Shown in pieces: positions 1 through 10,001 of a DNA stretch of 64,000 bases. Position 1 is the stretch's first letter. Every line of letters starts with the position of its first letter. Both the position numbers and the translations under genes were made by a program. The DNA comes from a virus: positions 3,866 to 67,865 of the IMG/VR virus record IMGVR_UViG_3300036406_000522. One strand, given 5' to 3'. The notes under the pieces are model-generated. The model was not told the DNA's origin, did not search any database, and was given only the letters and a program-made list of their open reading frames with translations.

Positions 1-1
1 G

Positions 2-166
2 TATCCAACAGAGTGTATCTGTGGTAAGCGACACTATTGGGATGGTCTTGCTTGGTACTACAAGAATCCCCAGGGAAAGATGATTCCTTGGGTTGCCATT
101 CGCTGGCGCGGCTTGAGTGAGAAGTACAACGGAGAGGATACTGATGCTGGCAATAATAGACGGTGA
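2..166 (+). CDS. 3' end of a hypothetical protein truncated by the window edge
   Basis: Open frame YPTECICGKRHYWDG...DAGNNRR* overlapping the next start. Confidence 0.5.
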   Translation, partial: YPTECICGKRHYWDGLAWYYKNPQGKMIPWVAIRWRGLSEKYNGEDTDAGNNRR

Positions 167-1148
167 TGTGCTCGCTTATCACGCGTGCAAGACAAGGTTC
201 AAGCCAGATGAGGCTGTTAACTTAATCCTCAACGACAAGGGCAATCTTGTAAAGGCAAACAAAGAATACACTATGGCAGAGGATGCAGAGTACTTGGGTC
301 AGTCGTGGGATAATTTCCAGCGTCAGGCTAAAGACTTGCTCGATTGTGTATTTGCAACAGACCACCTGATGGCTGTAAAGAGTCAGCATAACTTTAGGAA
401 TCTGTTGTATCCAGAATACAAGATGAACCGGCACAAGGATCCTCGGCAGTCCAACTTCTTCGTACCAGTACTAAGAGGAATGGCTGTGGACGAAGGTCTG
501 GCAGTAGAGGCTGTCAATATGGAGGCCGACGATTTGATGCGGATATGGGCGGAGCAAGCTCGTCTTGCAGAGATGCCTTATGTTATCTGCACTATTGACA
601 AGGATCTGAAGTGTATCCCTGGGCTGTACTACAATATGAAAACCAATGTGATAGAAGAGATCACAGAGGAATTCGCATTACGGTTCTTCTATGAGCAGCT
701 GCTCAAGGGCGACGGCGTTGACAACATACCTGGAATTCCAGGTGTTGGCCCTGTTAAGGCTGAGAAGCTGCTAGTGGATTGTAGTACGGAGTTCGACATG
801 CAGGAAGTTGTTGTCGAGCAATACATGAGCTTCTACCCGACAGACTGGTATAACTATCTCCAGAGTAACGGGGCGATGCTCTATCTCAAGAAGCACGAGG
901 ATGACTTCTTCAGCTGTAGGTCTTGGGAGATTGTTCAGACAGTCCTGAGCATGGATTCGTCTATTTCGGAGTCCCTTGCGGCACAAGGAGAGGCGGAAAA
1001 ATTGGCAGCACCGGCCAAAACTGCCACGCTGCCGGACGCGGGTGCACCCCATGGGGCGAGTATCGCCGCGCCCCCAATCGCCGCGCCTGCAGCCACTCCG
1101 CAAGCCACAGCGGTCAAGGCGACCGGCATGTCACTCAAGATAGGGTGA
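144..1148 (+). CDS. 5'-3' exonuclease (T7 gp6/T5 D15-like), with Ala/Pro-rich C-terminal tail
   Basis: IIDGD, YKMNR, EADD, DKDL and helix-3-turn-helix GDGVDNIPGIPGVGPVKA motifs; GGAGAGG upstream of ATG 144. Confidence 0.9.
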   Translation: MLAIIDGDVLAYHACKTRFKPDEAVNLILNDKGNLVKANKEYTMAEDAEYLGQSWDNFQRQAKDLLDCVFATDHLMAVKSQHNFRNLLYPEYKMNRHKDPRQSNFFVPVLRGMAVDEGLAVEAVNMEADDLMRIWAEQARLAEMPYVICTIDKDLKCIPGLYYNMKTNVIEEITEEFALRFFYEQLLKGDGVDNIPGIPGVGPVKAEKLLVDCSTEFDMQEVVVEQYMSFYPTDWYNYLQSNGAMLYLKKHEDDFFSCRSWEIVQTVLSMDSSISESLAAQGEAEKLAAPAKTATLPDAGAPHGASIAAPPIAAPAATPQATAVKATGMSLKIG

Positions 1149-1191
1149 CAGAAACGCAGACACGAAAACGAGCATAGAGAGGAGTAACGTA

Positions 1192-1410
1192 ATGTCCATG
1201 TATATGGAAGAAGACGGTTGGCGCAACGAAGATGACGAAGGGCCGTATTGCCCTGTGTTACGTACAAAAGGGCCGTGGACTATTATCAAATACATCAACG
1301 AAGCCCCTATCTATTTAAGAAAAAAGGGTGAGCCCGAAGAGCGTTCGTTTGCCTCGGTAACCGCTGCAAAGCTGTTTGTTTCGGAGGCCGAATGTCAATC
1401 GGTAGCTTGA
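1192..1410 (+). CDS. hypothetical protein
   Basis: GAGGAG RBS; overlaps next gene. Confidence 0.6.
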   Translation: MSMYMEEDGWRNEDDEGPYCPVLRTKGPWTIIKYINEAPIYLRKKGEPEERSFASVTAAKLFVSEAECQSVA

Positions 1411-1967
1411 GAATAACTCCAGTTCTCATGGACACTGACACTGGCATAATCACGCCAGTACAGGCGTCTAGCAAAGAGAACATCATCACGCGACCGCGTA
1501 AGTCCCGTTACACTGAAGAACCCAATGGACACTGGGACTTTCCAGAGCTTATGAATCAGAAGAATTGCTTTGGCTTTATCTATCTGATTCGCAACAAGGT
1601 GAATGGGCGAGCGTACATTGGTAGCAAGCAATACGTATCGACGAAAGGAAAAGTCAAAGGGCAGGAAACAACCTGGCGTTCATACACAAGTTCTAGCAAG
1701 GAGCTCGTGATTGACGTCAAGCAGTACGGTCTGAACAACTTCGACTTTGTCTGCCTGGAAGAGTATCACAAGCGTGGCACTCTTGGTTACGCGGAAGCAT
1801 GGACGATGATGCATGTCGAGTGCTTCGTTAATCAGGATCGTTGGTACAATGGCTACATGGAGGCTGTAACCTGGAAGGTATCTGAGAGGATTACAGAAAG
1901 GCACAAACAACGGCTAGACGACTGGAGCAATCGTGTATCAGCACAAGCTTTACAACAAACACCTTGA
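1392..1967 (+). CDS. GIY-YIG (Seg-like) endonuclease
   Basis: GFIYLIRNKVNGRAYIG motif. Confidence 0.75.
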   Translation: MSIGSLRITPVLMDTDTGIITPVQASSKENIITRPRKSRYTEEPNGHWDFPELMNQKNCFGFIYLIRNKVNGRAYIGSKQYVSTKGKVKGQETTWRSYTSSSKELVIDVKQYGLNNFDFVCLEEYHKRGTLGYAEAWTMMHVECFVNQDRWYNGYMEAVTWKVSERITERHKQRLDDWSNRVSAQALQQTP

Positions 1968-2365
1968 ACTCTGGGCAGCTCCAGTGTACAGTAAGGTAAA
2001 TCAGCACTTTGTAGGTAAGGCTGAACAACACCTAGCTATCTATGACAAGCGCGCCTTAGACGTTGTAGCTGTCTATAAGTTGGCGATTGCGTACGGACAC
2101 ACGTGGCTGCTGAATGTCAACTTCAGTAATTTGAAAGTAGAAAGGAAGAAACTTGCTTAAATTCATTGGGCAACTTTGCGTGATGTTGGCAGTGATCTTT
2201 ACAATGTTGGGCGCAGTATTATCTGCGCAACAAGCAGCATGGACAGCTGCCGACTATATGGTAATGGCGATGGCACTGCTGTTGTTCGGCGGTGCTCTCA
2301 TGGGTGTTGACAAACACGCATTACCCACTAACGGAGCGACAGATGGGGAAAATCGTCAAGGCTAA
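1933..2365 (+). CDS. two small hypothetical ORFs (1933-2160; 2153-2365, two hydrophobic segments)
   Basis: Tightly overlapping ORFs in operon order. Confidence 0.5.
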
Positions 2366-3983
2366 TCAGCCTTGTATCAATGATGATTGCAGTAGCAGTG
2401 ACGGACGCCAGGTGTACGAGGATGGAAGTTCATTCTGTTTTGTATGCCAGAAGTACTTCAAGAAAGGCACTACGGTTGTGGAAAAGGAGACACCAGAACC
2501 TGTCAAGAATAATTACGTCAAGGGGCCAACTACTGCCGAGGAGGTGAAACAGTTTCCTGTGCAGGCAATTGGTCGAGGTATTGATAAGGCTGTCTGTGAG
2601 TTCTACGATGTCCGCGTGGGCTTCGGATCAGATGGCAAGATCAATGAACACTACTACCCTTACGAGGGCGATGCCTACAAGGTTAGAAAGATACCGAAGG
2701 CATTCTATTCGATCGGTAAGTGCAAGACACTGTTCGGTAAGGAGCGTTTCCAGGGTGGTGGCAAGCGTGTCGTAATCACTGAGGGTGAAGTTGATACACT
2801 TAGTGTGGCACAGGCATACATGAAGAAGTACGGCAAGATTTATCCTGTTGTATCGTTACCCTCAGCTAAGGCATTCGCTGATGTTGCAATCCTAGCAAAT
2901 AGAGAGTGGCTTCGCAGTTTCGGCGAGGTTGTTCTGTGTCTGGACAATGATGAGGCAGGTAATGAGATACTCGCTAAGGCCATCAAGATCATTGGTGTCG
3001 ACAAGGTAAAAGTCTGTAAGTTGCCTGTCAAAGACGCCAACAAGATGCTAACGGTGCATGGCCCTGATGAGTTGCTCACTAAGATATGGGATGCCGAACG
3101 ATTCATTCCATCTGGAGTGATCGACAAGGATAAGCTGTGGGCTGCACTTGAAGAGTACAACTCATTGCCATCTGTACCGTATCCAGATTGTCTGGGCGGC
3201 CTCAATGAGAAACTGAAGGGTATGAGAGAGGGTGAAATCTCTCTGTTCATATCAGGCACAGGTGCAGGCAAGAGCACCATGCAGCGAGAGATCATGCTGC
3301 ACATACTGCAGACCACCGATGCTAAGATCGGGATTGTATCCCTTGAAGAAGCACCTGCTGAGACAGCTAGGAAGTTATCTGGCATGCAATTGCTACGTAA
3401 CCCTGCAGATGAGGAGATACCGTTACCTGAGCTGAAGGTTGGTTTCGATGCAGTGTTCGGTAGTGATCGTGTACTGCTGCTAGACCACCAGGGCAGTATG
3501 AATGATGACAGCATCACCGAGAAGCTAGAGTATATGTGTCTGATGGGCTGTAAGTACCTGTTCATCGACCATATAACAATCCTTGTGTCTGAGGGAACTG
3601 AGGGCCTGTCTGGAAACGAGGCGATAGACAAGATCATGAATACCATGCAACGGATAGTCAAGCGACATCCAACATGGATCGGACTGATATCGCACTTACG
3701 TAAAGCACCAGTAGGCGGAAAGTCGTTTGAGGAAGGCAAATTGCCAAGTGTTGATGACATCAAGGGCAGTGGTAGTATCAAGCAGATATCCTTCGATATT
3801 GTTAGCTTTGCCAGAGACATGACGGCTGACGATGACATGACGCGTAACACGATCAAGATGCGTGTTCTCAAATGTAGGCATACGGGTTTGACTGGTACCG
3901 TAAGAGGCGCTTACTATAACTATAAAACCGGTAGACTGGTTGCGGCAAGTTCTTCACCTGAAGAAGACTTCCAACCAATGTAA
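2343..3983 (+). CDS. T7 gp4-like DNA primase/helicase
   Basis: N-terminal Cys Zn-binding domain, TOPRIM (ITEGEVD, LDNDEAG), Walker A SGTGAGKS, FIDH, IKGSGSIKQ, LKCRHTG. Confidence 0.95.
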   Translation: MGKIVKANQPCINDDCSSSDGRQVYEDGSSFCFVCQKYFKKGTTVVEKETPEPVKNNYVKGPTTAEEVKQFPVQAIGRGIDKAVCEFYDVRVGFGSDGKINEHYYPYEGDAYKVRKIPKAFYSIGKCKTLFGKERFQGGGKRVVITEGEVDTLSVAQAYMKKYGKIYPVVSLPSAKAFADVAILANREWLRSFGEVVLCLDNDEAGNEILAKAIKIIGVDKVKVCKLPVKDANKMLTVHGPDELLTKIWDAERFIPSGVIDKDKLWAALEEYNSLPSVPYPDCLGGLNEKLKGMREGEISLFISGTGAGKSTMQREIMLHILQTTDAKIGIVSLEEAPAETARKLSGMQLLRNPADEEIPLPELKVGFDAVFGSDRVLLLDHQGSMNDDSITEKLEYMCLMGCKYLFIDHITILVSEGTEGLSGNEAIDKIMNTMQRIVKRHPTWIGLISHLRKAPVGGKSFEEGKLPSVDDIKGSGSIKQISFDIVSFARDMTADDDMTRNTIKMRVLKCRHTGLTGTVRGAYYNYKTGRLVAASSSPEEDFQPM

Positions 3984-3993
3984 AAGGAGCAAC

Positions 3994-5910
3994 ATGTCTA
4001 AAACTCCCTGGAGTAGCGTAGGCTATCTCACATATAAGAGGACGTACAGTCGGCATCTGGAAGGTAACAGCGGTCCAACAGAGGAGTTCGAAGACACAAT
4101 CAATCGTGTCGTCGATGCTTGTAACAATCAGTTGACCTGTGACTTCTCGGAAGCAGAATCATTGCGCCTTAGACAGTATCTGTTGGAATTGAAGGGTAGC
4201 GTTGCAGGACGGTTCCTATGGCAATTAGGAACGCATACAGTTGAACGTTTTGGGTTGGCCAGTCTGCAGAACTGTGCATTCGTGGTCGTGGATCACCCGA
4301 TCGTTCCTTTCACGTGGACGATGGACATGCTCGCACTTGGCTCAGGTGTGGGCTACAATATACAGGCCAAACATGTTGACAAACTACCGGCAGTCCGAGA
4401 GTGGTTTCGAGCGCCTACACGCATTGATCACGGGGGAGCAGACTTCATTATACCTGATAGTAGGGAAGGCTGGGTTAGGTTCCTTGCTAAAACTCTCAAA
4501 GCCGCCTTCCTTTCGGAAAGGAAAGAGAAAGGGACGTTCACGTATTCCACACAAGTTGTGCGTGGTAAGGGAACGCCGATTAAGGGCTTTGGAGGTGTTG
4601 CTTCAGGTCCAGAAGATCTCGTTTGGGGAGTTGGAAAAATATCGGAAGTACTACTCCGACGCTCTGGGAAGAAAGTAAGGCCGATCGACTGCCTCGATAT
4701 CATGAACATCATCGGACATGTAATTGTGGCAGGGAATGTCCGACGCAGTGCACAGATAGCAATTGGCGATCCTGACGATATCGAGTTCCTGCTTGCTAAG
4801 AGGTTCGATATCGGTAACGTTCCAGCATGGCGTGCTATGAGTAACAACTCGGTTGCATGCGATGATATTCGTGATCTGCACGAGTACTTCTGGGATACCT
4901 ACTCGCCTGATAATAAGGGCAATCCGCGTGAGCCATACGGACTTGTCAATCTGCGTTTGTCTCGCAAGGTTGGACGTCTAGGTGAGGATGAGTACCCTGA
5001 TCCTGAGGTTCAAGGATACAATCCCTGTGCGGAGCAGTCTCTTGCTCCATACGAGACGTGTTGTCTGGCGGAGATATTCCTGCCGAACATCACATCGCGT
5101 GAAGAGTTCTTCGATCTGATCGAGTTGTTGTATCGTGTGAACAAGCATTCATTGCTGATCCCGTGTCACCACCCGGAGACAGATCAGATTGTTCACCAGA
5201 ACATGCGCATGGGTATCGGCCTCACAGGTATCCTTCAGGCAAGCAAGGAGCAACTTAGCTGGATGAGCGATGGCTACATTCACTTGCGTAACTACGATGA
5301 GCGCTACTCAGAGTTGAAAGACTTGAACACCTCGATCAAGCTTACTACGGTGAAGCCTAGCGGCACATTGTCGTTGCTTCCTGGTGTTACTCCAGGTGTT
5401 CATCCCGGCTACTCACAGTACATGGTACGCCGTATTCGGATTGCAGCTGGTCATGAGTTGGTGGAAGTCTGTCGTAAGCATGGCTATCCTGTGGAGTACC
5501 AGAAGGACTATGACGGCAAGGACGACTACAACACTGTCGTTGTGACGTTCCCGTTCGCGTACCCAGAGGGCACTATCCTTGCAGATCAGATGACAGCAAT
5601 GGAGCAGTTGAAGTGGATCAAGCGTTTACAGACTGAGTGGTCAGATAATAGTGTCAGTTGCACGATCTACTACAAGAAGGAAGAGCTGCCTGAGATCAAG
5701 GACTATCTGCTGAAGCACTATCGTAACAATCATAAGTCGTTATCGTTCTTGCTACATAACGAGCATGGCTTCACACAAGCGCCATACGAGGCTATCACAA
5801 AGGAGCAGTACGACGAACTCGTTGCAAGTACCACAATCATCACTTCCATTTCGAGTGCTCAATTCGAAGGTGGCGATGAGTGTGCAACGGGTGCTTGTCC
5901 TGTAAGGTAA
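3994..5910 (+). CDS. nrdJ: class II (adenosylcobalamin-dependent) ribonucleotide reductase, monomeric RTPR type
   Basis: LQNC, AGNVRRSA, NPCAEQ catalytic motif, TVKPSGTLS, C-terminal CATGACP; no beta subunit nearby. Confidence 0.92.
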   Translation: MSKTPWSSVGYLTYKRTYSRHLEGNSGPTEEFEDTINRVVDACNNQLTCDFSEAESLRLRQYLLELKGSVAGRFLWQLGTHTVERFGLASLQNCAFVVVDHPIVPFTWTMDMLALGSGVGYNIQAKHVDKLPAVREWFRAPTRIDHGGADFIIPDSREGWVRFLAKTLKAAFLSERKEKGTFTYSTQVVRGKGTPIKGFGGVASGPEDLVWGVGKISEVLLRRSGKKVRPIDCLDIMNIIGHVIVAGNVRRSAQIAIGDPDDIEFLLAKRFDIGNVPAWRAMSNNSVACDDIRDLHEYFWDTYSPDNKGNPREPYGLVNLRLSRKVGRLGEDEYPDPEVQGYNPCAEQSLAPYETCCLAEIFLPNITSREEFFDLIELLYRVNKHSLLIPCHHPETDQIVHQNMRMGIGLTGILQASKEQLSWMSDGYIHLRNYDERYSELKDLNTSIKLTTVKPSGTLSLLPGVTPGVHPGYSQYMVRRIRIAAGHELVEVCRKHGYPVEYQKDYDGKDDYNTVVVTFPFAYPEGTILADQMTAMEQLKWIKRLQTEWSDNSVSCTIYYKKEELPEIKDYLLKHYRNNHKSLSFLLHNEHGFTQAPYEAITKEQYDELVASTTIITSISSAQFEGGDECATGACPVR

Positions 5911-5916
5911 ACAACT

Positions 5917-5940
5917 AGGGTGTCCTTCGGGGCACCTTAA
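5917..5940 (+). terminator. hairpin after nrdJ (possible terminator or processing site)
   Basis: GGGTGTCC-TTCG-GGGCACCT stem-loop, short U tract. Confidence 0.5.
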
Positions 5941-5954
5941 AAATTGGAGAACGT

Positions 5955-7921
5955 ATGAAGGCAGAGATAGTGGCATTGATCATCGTAGGAGCACTCTGTA
6001 TTACCCTCTTACTGATCACAGGTGTGTCCAGACAGAATTACCTAGACTGTCTGGCGAATCAGATGGAAGTGGCAAAGGCGTTGGAGACGGCGAAGTATAC
6101 ACATATTCTGCCAAGTTGTCGCTAAGTACGTAGTAACCTACGAGGAGTTGCACAATGGCAATAGATTTGGCAGTTAAAGAGTTAATTGAAGTAATCGTAA
6201 GAGCAAGGGCAGTCATGACCGCGAATCTAAGTGTATTAGAACTGTCAAGTAATGTCTCCACAACTGAATTGATGCGTGTAGAGATATTCCGAAATGTTCT
6301 GCACGAATATGTCGATGAGCTGACGAGCATGGAAGCAGAGTTGAAAGAGCTGTTCGAATGAGCTACTTCCGTGGCAAGTTCGATGATGGCTATCGTGATG
6401 TGTTCTTCGACGACATCGGAGCCGCGATAGCTGCACTGCACCCTGACCTTGTTGGCGCTCACATCTTCAGGCAGCTGGATGCACTAGGTCTGTATCAATC
6501 ATTCATAGACGGAGAGACGCCTTACGGTCTCCCCTATTCGTTTTCAAAGGAGAAGAAAGATGGCGGATGATATCTATATGCACCCCGCACCTGTAGCGAT
6601 GGTCAACCTGGATGCACCACCAGAACAGATGACGAAAGAGCTGGCAGTGTCGGAGGCATACGGTGTGCTACAAGACATACATGGCAACCTGTCACCCGAT
6701 GGATGGCTACTGAACGGGACAATTGATCCTGGGCGGATTGAGACTGCACTGACGCAGATAGAAGATGCATTTCCCGAGCTGTTCACACCAGCCGAATTTG
6801 ATGACAGCATGGACGGTGATCATGCAAGTGCTCTCGCATCTGCAGGATGGGGTACAGACGAGGACTACGGCGGTGGCGATGGCAACGAACACTTCTAACA
6901 GCAGAATACAGAACCTGTCGTTCGTTCGCCGCTGGTACGGTACGGGTAACATTGAAACACGATTCATAAGGTGTAGCTACGATCAGCAGAAGGAGTTCTT
7001 TGCGGGTGTCCCTCCTGAGCAGTCAATGCCGCACGCTACCAGAGATGACATCGACTTCTTACTTAACACGACGTCAGACATATGAGCGAACCATTCGACT
7101 ACGAGAAGGCTGTTGAGACAGCTGAAGCTAGACGTGACTTCTTGCGAGAGGAATGTGCTAGCTGTAACAACTGCTCGGAGCTAGGGCAGCAGCCACACTA
7201 TGAGCACTGCTACATGTTTCAAGTGCGACCGGAGCTTAATGTATGTTATCATTGGAGACGCAAAGTTGAACAAGAGAAAGCTTAAGAAGTTGGCATCTGT
7301 GGACGTCGAACTTGAACGCTACGTGAAGAACCACCTGTCCGCCAGAAAGATCATGGACAGGTTATTGCCCAAGCTGCAAAAGCTCGGTGAGGAGTGGTGG
7401 AGTGTCACAACAACCGGTAGGGGTTACAGCACAGGTATCTCCATGCGTGATCTGGACGGCTTCAAAGATAATCGCTTGGTGGAAATGCTTGAGCGTATTG
7501 TCGCATTGGATCCTGCTAAGATGCGTTCTAGTGAGTATGCCAATTACAACGAAATCGATTATCACTTCGAGTTCGACAATGTTTCAATCAGCGTGTTCGC
7601 CTACATTAAGGAAGACTCTCCGACATGCCGTAAGGTTGTTACAGGAGAGCGCTACGTGGCTGGACATACCGAATATGACTTCAAAATGGAGTGTGATTAA
7701 TGCTTAAGTATATCGTAACAATCGAGGAGCATATCGAAGGGCCTGATACACAGCGGGTATGGCAAAGACTGCGTGATCAACCTGATGAGCCTGGTGGTGA
7801 TACTCACGGTTATGCGCCAGCTAGCGGCAATACGCGTGTCACCAAGACGGAGGTCTATAAGCAAAGCTTCGATGAGATAGACCTCAAGAAGGTGGTTACA
7901 GCTTTGAATTCGAAGTACTGA
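5955..7921 (+). CDS. cluster of small hypothetical ORFs (5955-6125 membrane; 6155-6361; 6358-6570; 6560-6898; ~6879-7085; 7082-7285; ~7240-7700; 7700-7921)
   Basis: Contiguous ATGA/TAATG-coupled ORFs; no family recognised. Confidence 0.55.
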
Positions 7922-7923
7922 AC

Positions 7924-8430
7924 ATGCATACTATTGAGGAATTCAAAGAGGTAAGCCTCAGCAGTAAGTATCTTGTAAGTAATTTCGGCAGGATACTTAG
8001 TCTTCATACAGGATTGGAGCTAACACAAACAAGAGGACCTTCTGGTTATCTGACCGTGGTCCTTTGTGATGATGGATGTAGGAGTACACAACGCGTACAC
8101 CGTCTGGTTGCGGAGGCTTTTGTTTTAAACCCAGATAAGAAGCCTCATGTGAACCACAAAGATTGTATAAAGACGAACAATCTATATACTAATCTAGAAT
8201 GGACAACACCCGCCGAGAATATAGCACATGCGTACGCAAATGATAGAATAACCAACCTTGGTGAAAAATCGCATTTAGCTAAGATAGACAGAGCGATGGC
8301 CTTACGGATACTGGAGTTGCATCGCGCAGGGGTTAGCAATAGTGTTATCGTAGAGGAGCTGCAGCTAACTAAGAGTATCGTCTCAAAGATAGTATGTGGT
8401 ACGACCTGGAAGGAGCTACACAATGTCTAA
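7924..8430 (+). CDS. HNH homing endonuclease (NUMOD4/HNH_3 type)
   Basis: YLVSNFGRI, VHRLVAEAF, VNHKDCIKTNNLYTNLEW. Confidence 0.9.
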   Translation: MHTIEEFKEVSLSSKYLVSNFGRILSLHTGLELTQTRGPSGYLTVVLCDDGCRSTQRVHRLVAEAFVLNPDKKPHVNHKDCIKTNNLYTNLEWTTPAENIAHAYANDRITNLGEKSHLAKIDRAMALRILELHRAGVSNSVIVEELQLTKSIVSKIVCGTTWKELHNV

Positions 8431-9397
8431 TTTCCGGCCCATGTTTGCTCCCCGAGAGAGTCCTCTCAAGTATCCAAATTACTTCAAGAAGCTGCGTTAC
8501 CCATTGCTGGTAAGTGCTAAGCTTGATGGGATTCGCTGTCTGGTGAAAGGTGCAGAAAAACATGAGTACGACTCGGCGTTCAGAATCATTGATACGCAGA
8601 TGTACTCGGTAGCAAAGAGCCGTACACTAATAGACCTGCCAAGTAAACAAGTGCAGGAAGAATTTTCTGGCTTTCTGGAGTTAGACGGCGAACTCGCGGA
8701 AGGTGATGAGACTGACAAGGCACTGTGCAGGCGTACAATGTCGTACGTAACCTCTGATGACAAGTACTCCGACGACCTAAAGTTCAGGGTATTTGACTGT
8801 TGCGACGTTGACCTTGCAGATGAGCCTTTTGAAGTCAGGCTTGAGTATGCCAGGGATTTGATCTCACGATACAGTTCATTGTTCCCCAACTCGAAGGTGA
8901 GTTTGGTGGAGCATGAGCGTGTCAAGAACCTGGATGAGCTGCTTGAAGTCGAGGCTAAGTTCCTTGGTATGGGGTACGAGGGCGTCATGGCGCGTGATCC
9001 CCTTGGGCGCTATAAGCATGGTAGAGGCACTTTCAAGGAAGGTCTGATCTACAAGCTGAAGCGCTTTCAAGATGATGAGGCAATTCTGGTCGATGTACTG
9101 CCAGGGTTTGACAATCATAACGTCGACATCCGAAGTAACCTAGGTACGGCAAAACGGCAGACACTCAAAGAGAACATGGTGGAGTCGACTCGTGCTGGAA
9201 CGCTTATTGTCGAGTTCAATGGTGCTTTGATTGACATAGCGCCTGGCACACTGACACACCCTGAGCGTGAGCATCTGTTGGCGCACAAGGAAGAGTATAT
9301 CGGAAGGATACTCACATTTCATCACATGACACATGGCGCGAAGGATGCGCCACGATTCGCTGGCTTCTTTACTTGGAGAGATAAGAGAGACATATGA
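8423..9397 (+). CDS. ATP-dependent DNA ligase
   Basis: KLDGIR adenylation motif, LDGEL, FRVFD, EGVM, KLK, PRF. Confidence 0.92.
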   Translation: MSNFRPMFAPRESPLKYPNYFKKLRYPLLVSAKLDGIRCLVKGAEKHEYDSAFRIIDTQMYSVAKSRTLIDLPSKQVQEEFSGFLELDGELAEGDETDKALCRRTMSYVTSDDKYSDDLKFRVFDCCDVDLADEPFEVRLEYARDLISRYSSLFPNSKVSLVEHERVKNLDELLEVEAKFLGMGYEGVMARDPLGRYKHGRGTFKEGLIYKLKRFQDDEAILVDVLPGFDNHNVDIRSNLGTAKRQTLKENMVESTRAGTLIVEFNGALIDIAPGTLTHPEREHLLAHKEEYIGRILTFHHMTHGAKDAPRFAGFFTWRDKRDI

Positions 9398-9810
9398 GCA
9401 GACACATATTTGCAAAGATCGAAGAGCGTCGTATGCCGATAGTAGGTGATCTGATACGCGCCACAAGGAACTCGCCAGACTTCATCAACATCGTGCTGGC
9501 TGTAAGTCCCATACAACGTTCAGCACGTGGTAACTTTGTGTGGATACGTAGTGTCAGGTACGGCACTACTAATAACTGCGATTTCAGGTTGTTGAACGGA
9601 CAACGATCACGTGCGTTCAGATACATACTAGGTGATCGTGGTTATAACGATTGGGATATCGTAGAGGAGTACGTCCTTGCTGGTAATGAGCTTGCAAGGA
9701 TGACAATCGTGAACAGGCTCAAAGATGTGGACACAGCGTGGCGCGATCCTAATGAAGACGTGGAAGGCCTCGATCAGGAGCATGACGATGGTGATATTGA
9801 AGGAACCTAA
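9394..9810 (+). CDS. hypothetical protein, paralog of 15941-16303
   Basis: Shared G.LIR.T...P.FIN.V and LL.G.R.R.F blocks. Confidence 0.65.
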   Translation: MSRHIFAKIEERRMPIVGDLIRATRNSPDFINIVLAVSPIQRSARGNFVWIRSVRYGTTNNCDFRLLNGQRSRAFRYILGDRGYNDWDIVEEYVLAGNELARMTIVNRLKDVDTAWRDPNEDVEGLDQEHDDGDIEGT

Positions 9811-10001
9811 CCAGATCGCAATGTATCGTCTGCTAGCACTTAAGGGAGCACTGAAGCTTGAAATCAAAGGTCTCAAGCATAGCCAAGGCTCAGTATATGC
9901 GCTGGTGAAGAAAGAGTTCGGCTTCAAGGGTAACAAACAACGTGTGCTTGCGCAGCTAGAAGAACACATCTTTGACAAACAACAAATGGAGCTTCCGCTT
10001 A

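Noticed and set aside
2840-3871. 343-aa minus-strand ORF and many similar Ser/Val-rich antisense ORFs
   Set aside because: Mirror frames of well-supported + strand genes
7924-8430. HNH or GIY-YIG genes as intron- or intein-encoded
   Set aside because: Free-standing between intact genes; no split host gene or intein motifs seen in nrdJ, terL or helicase
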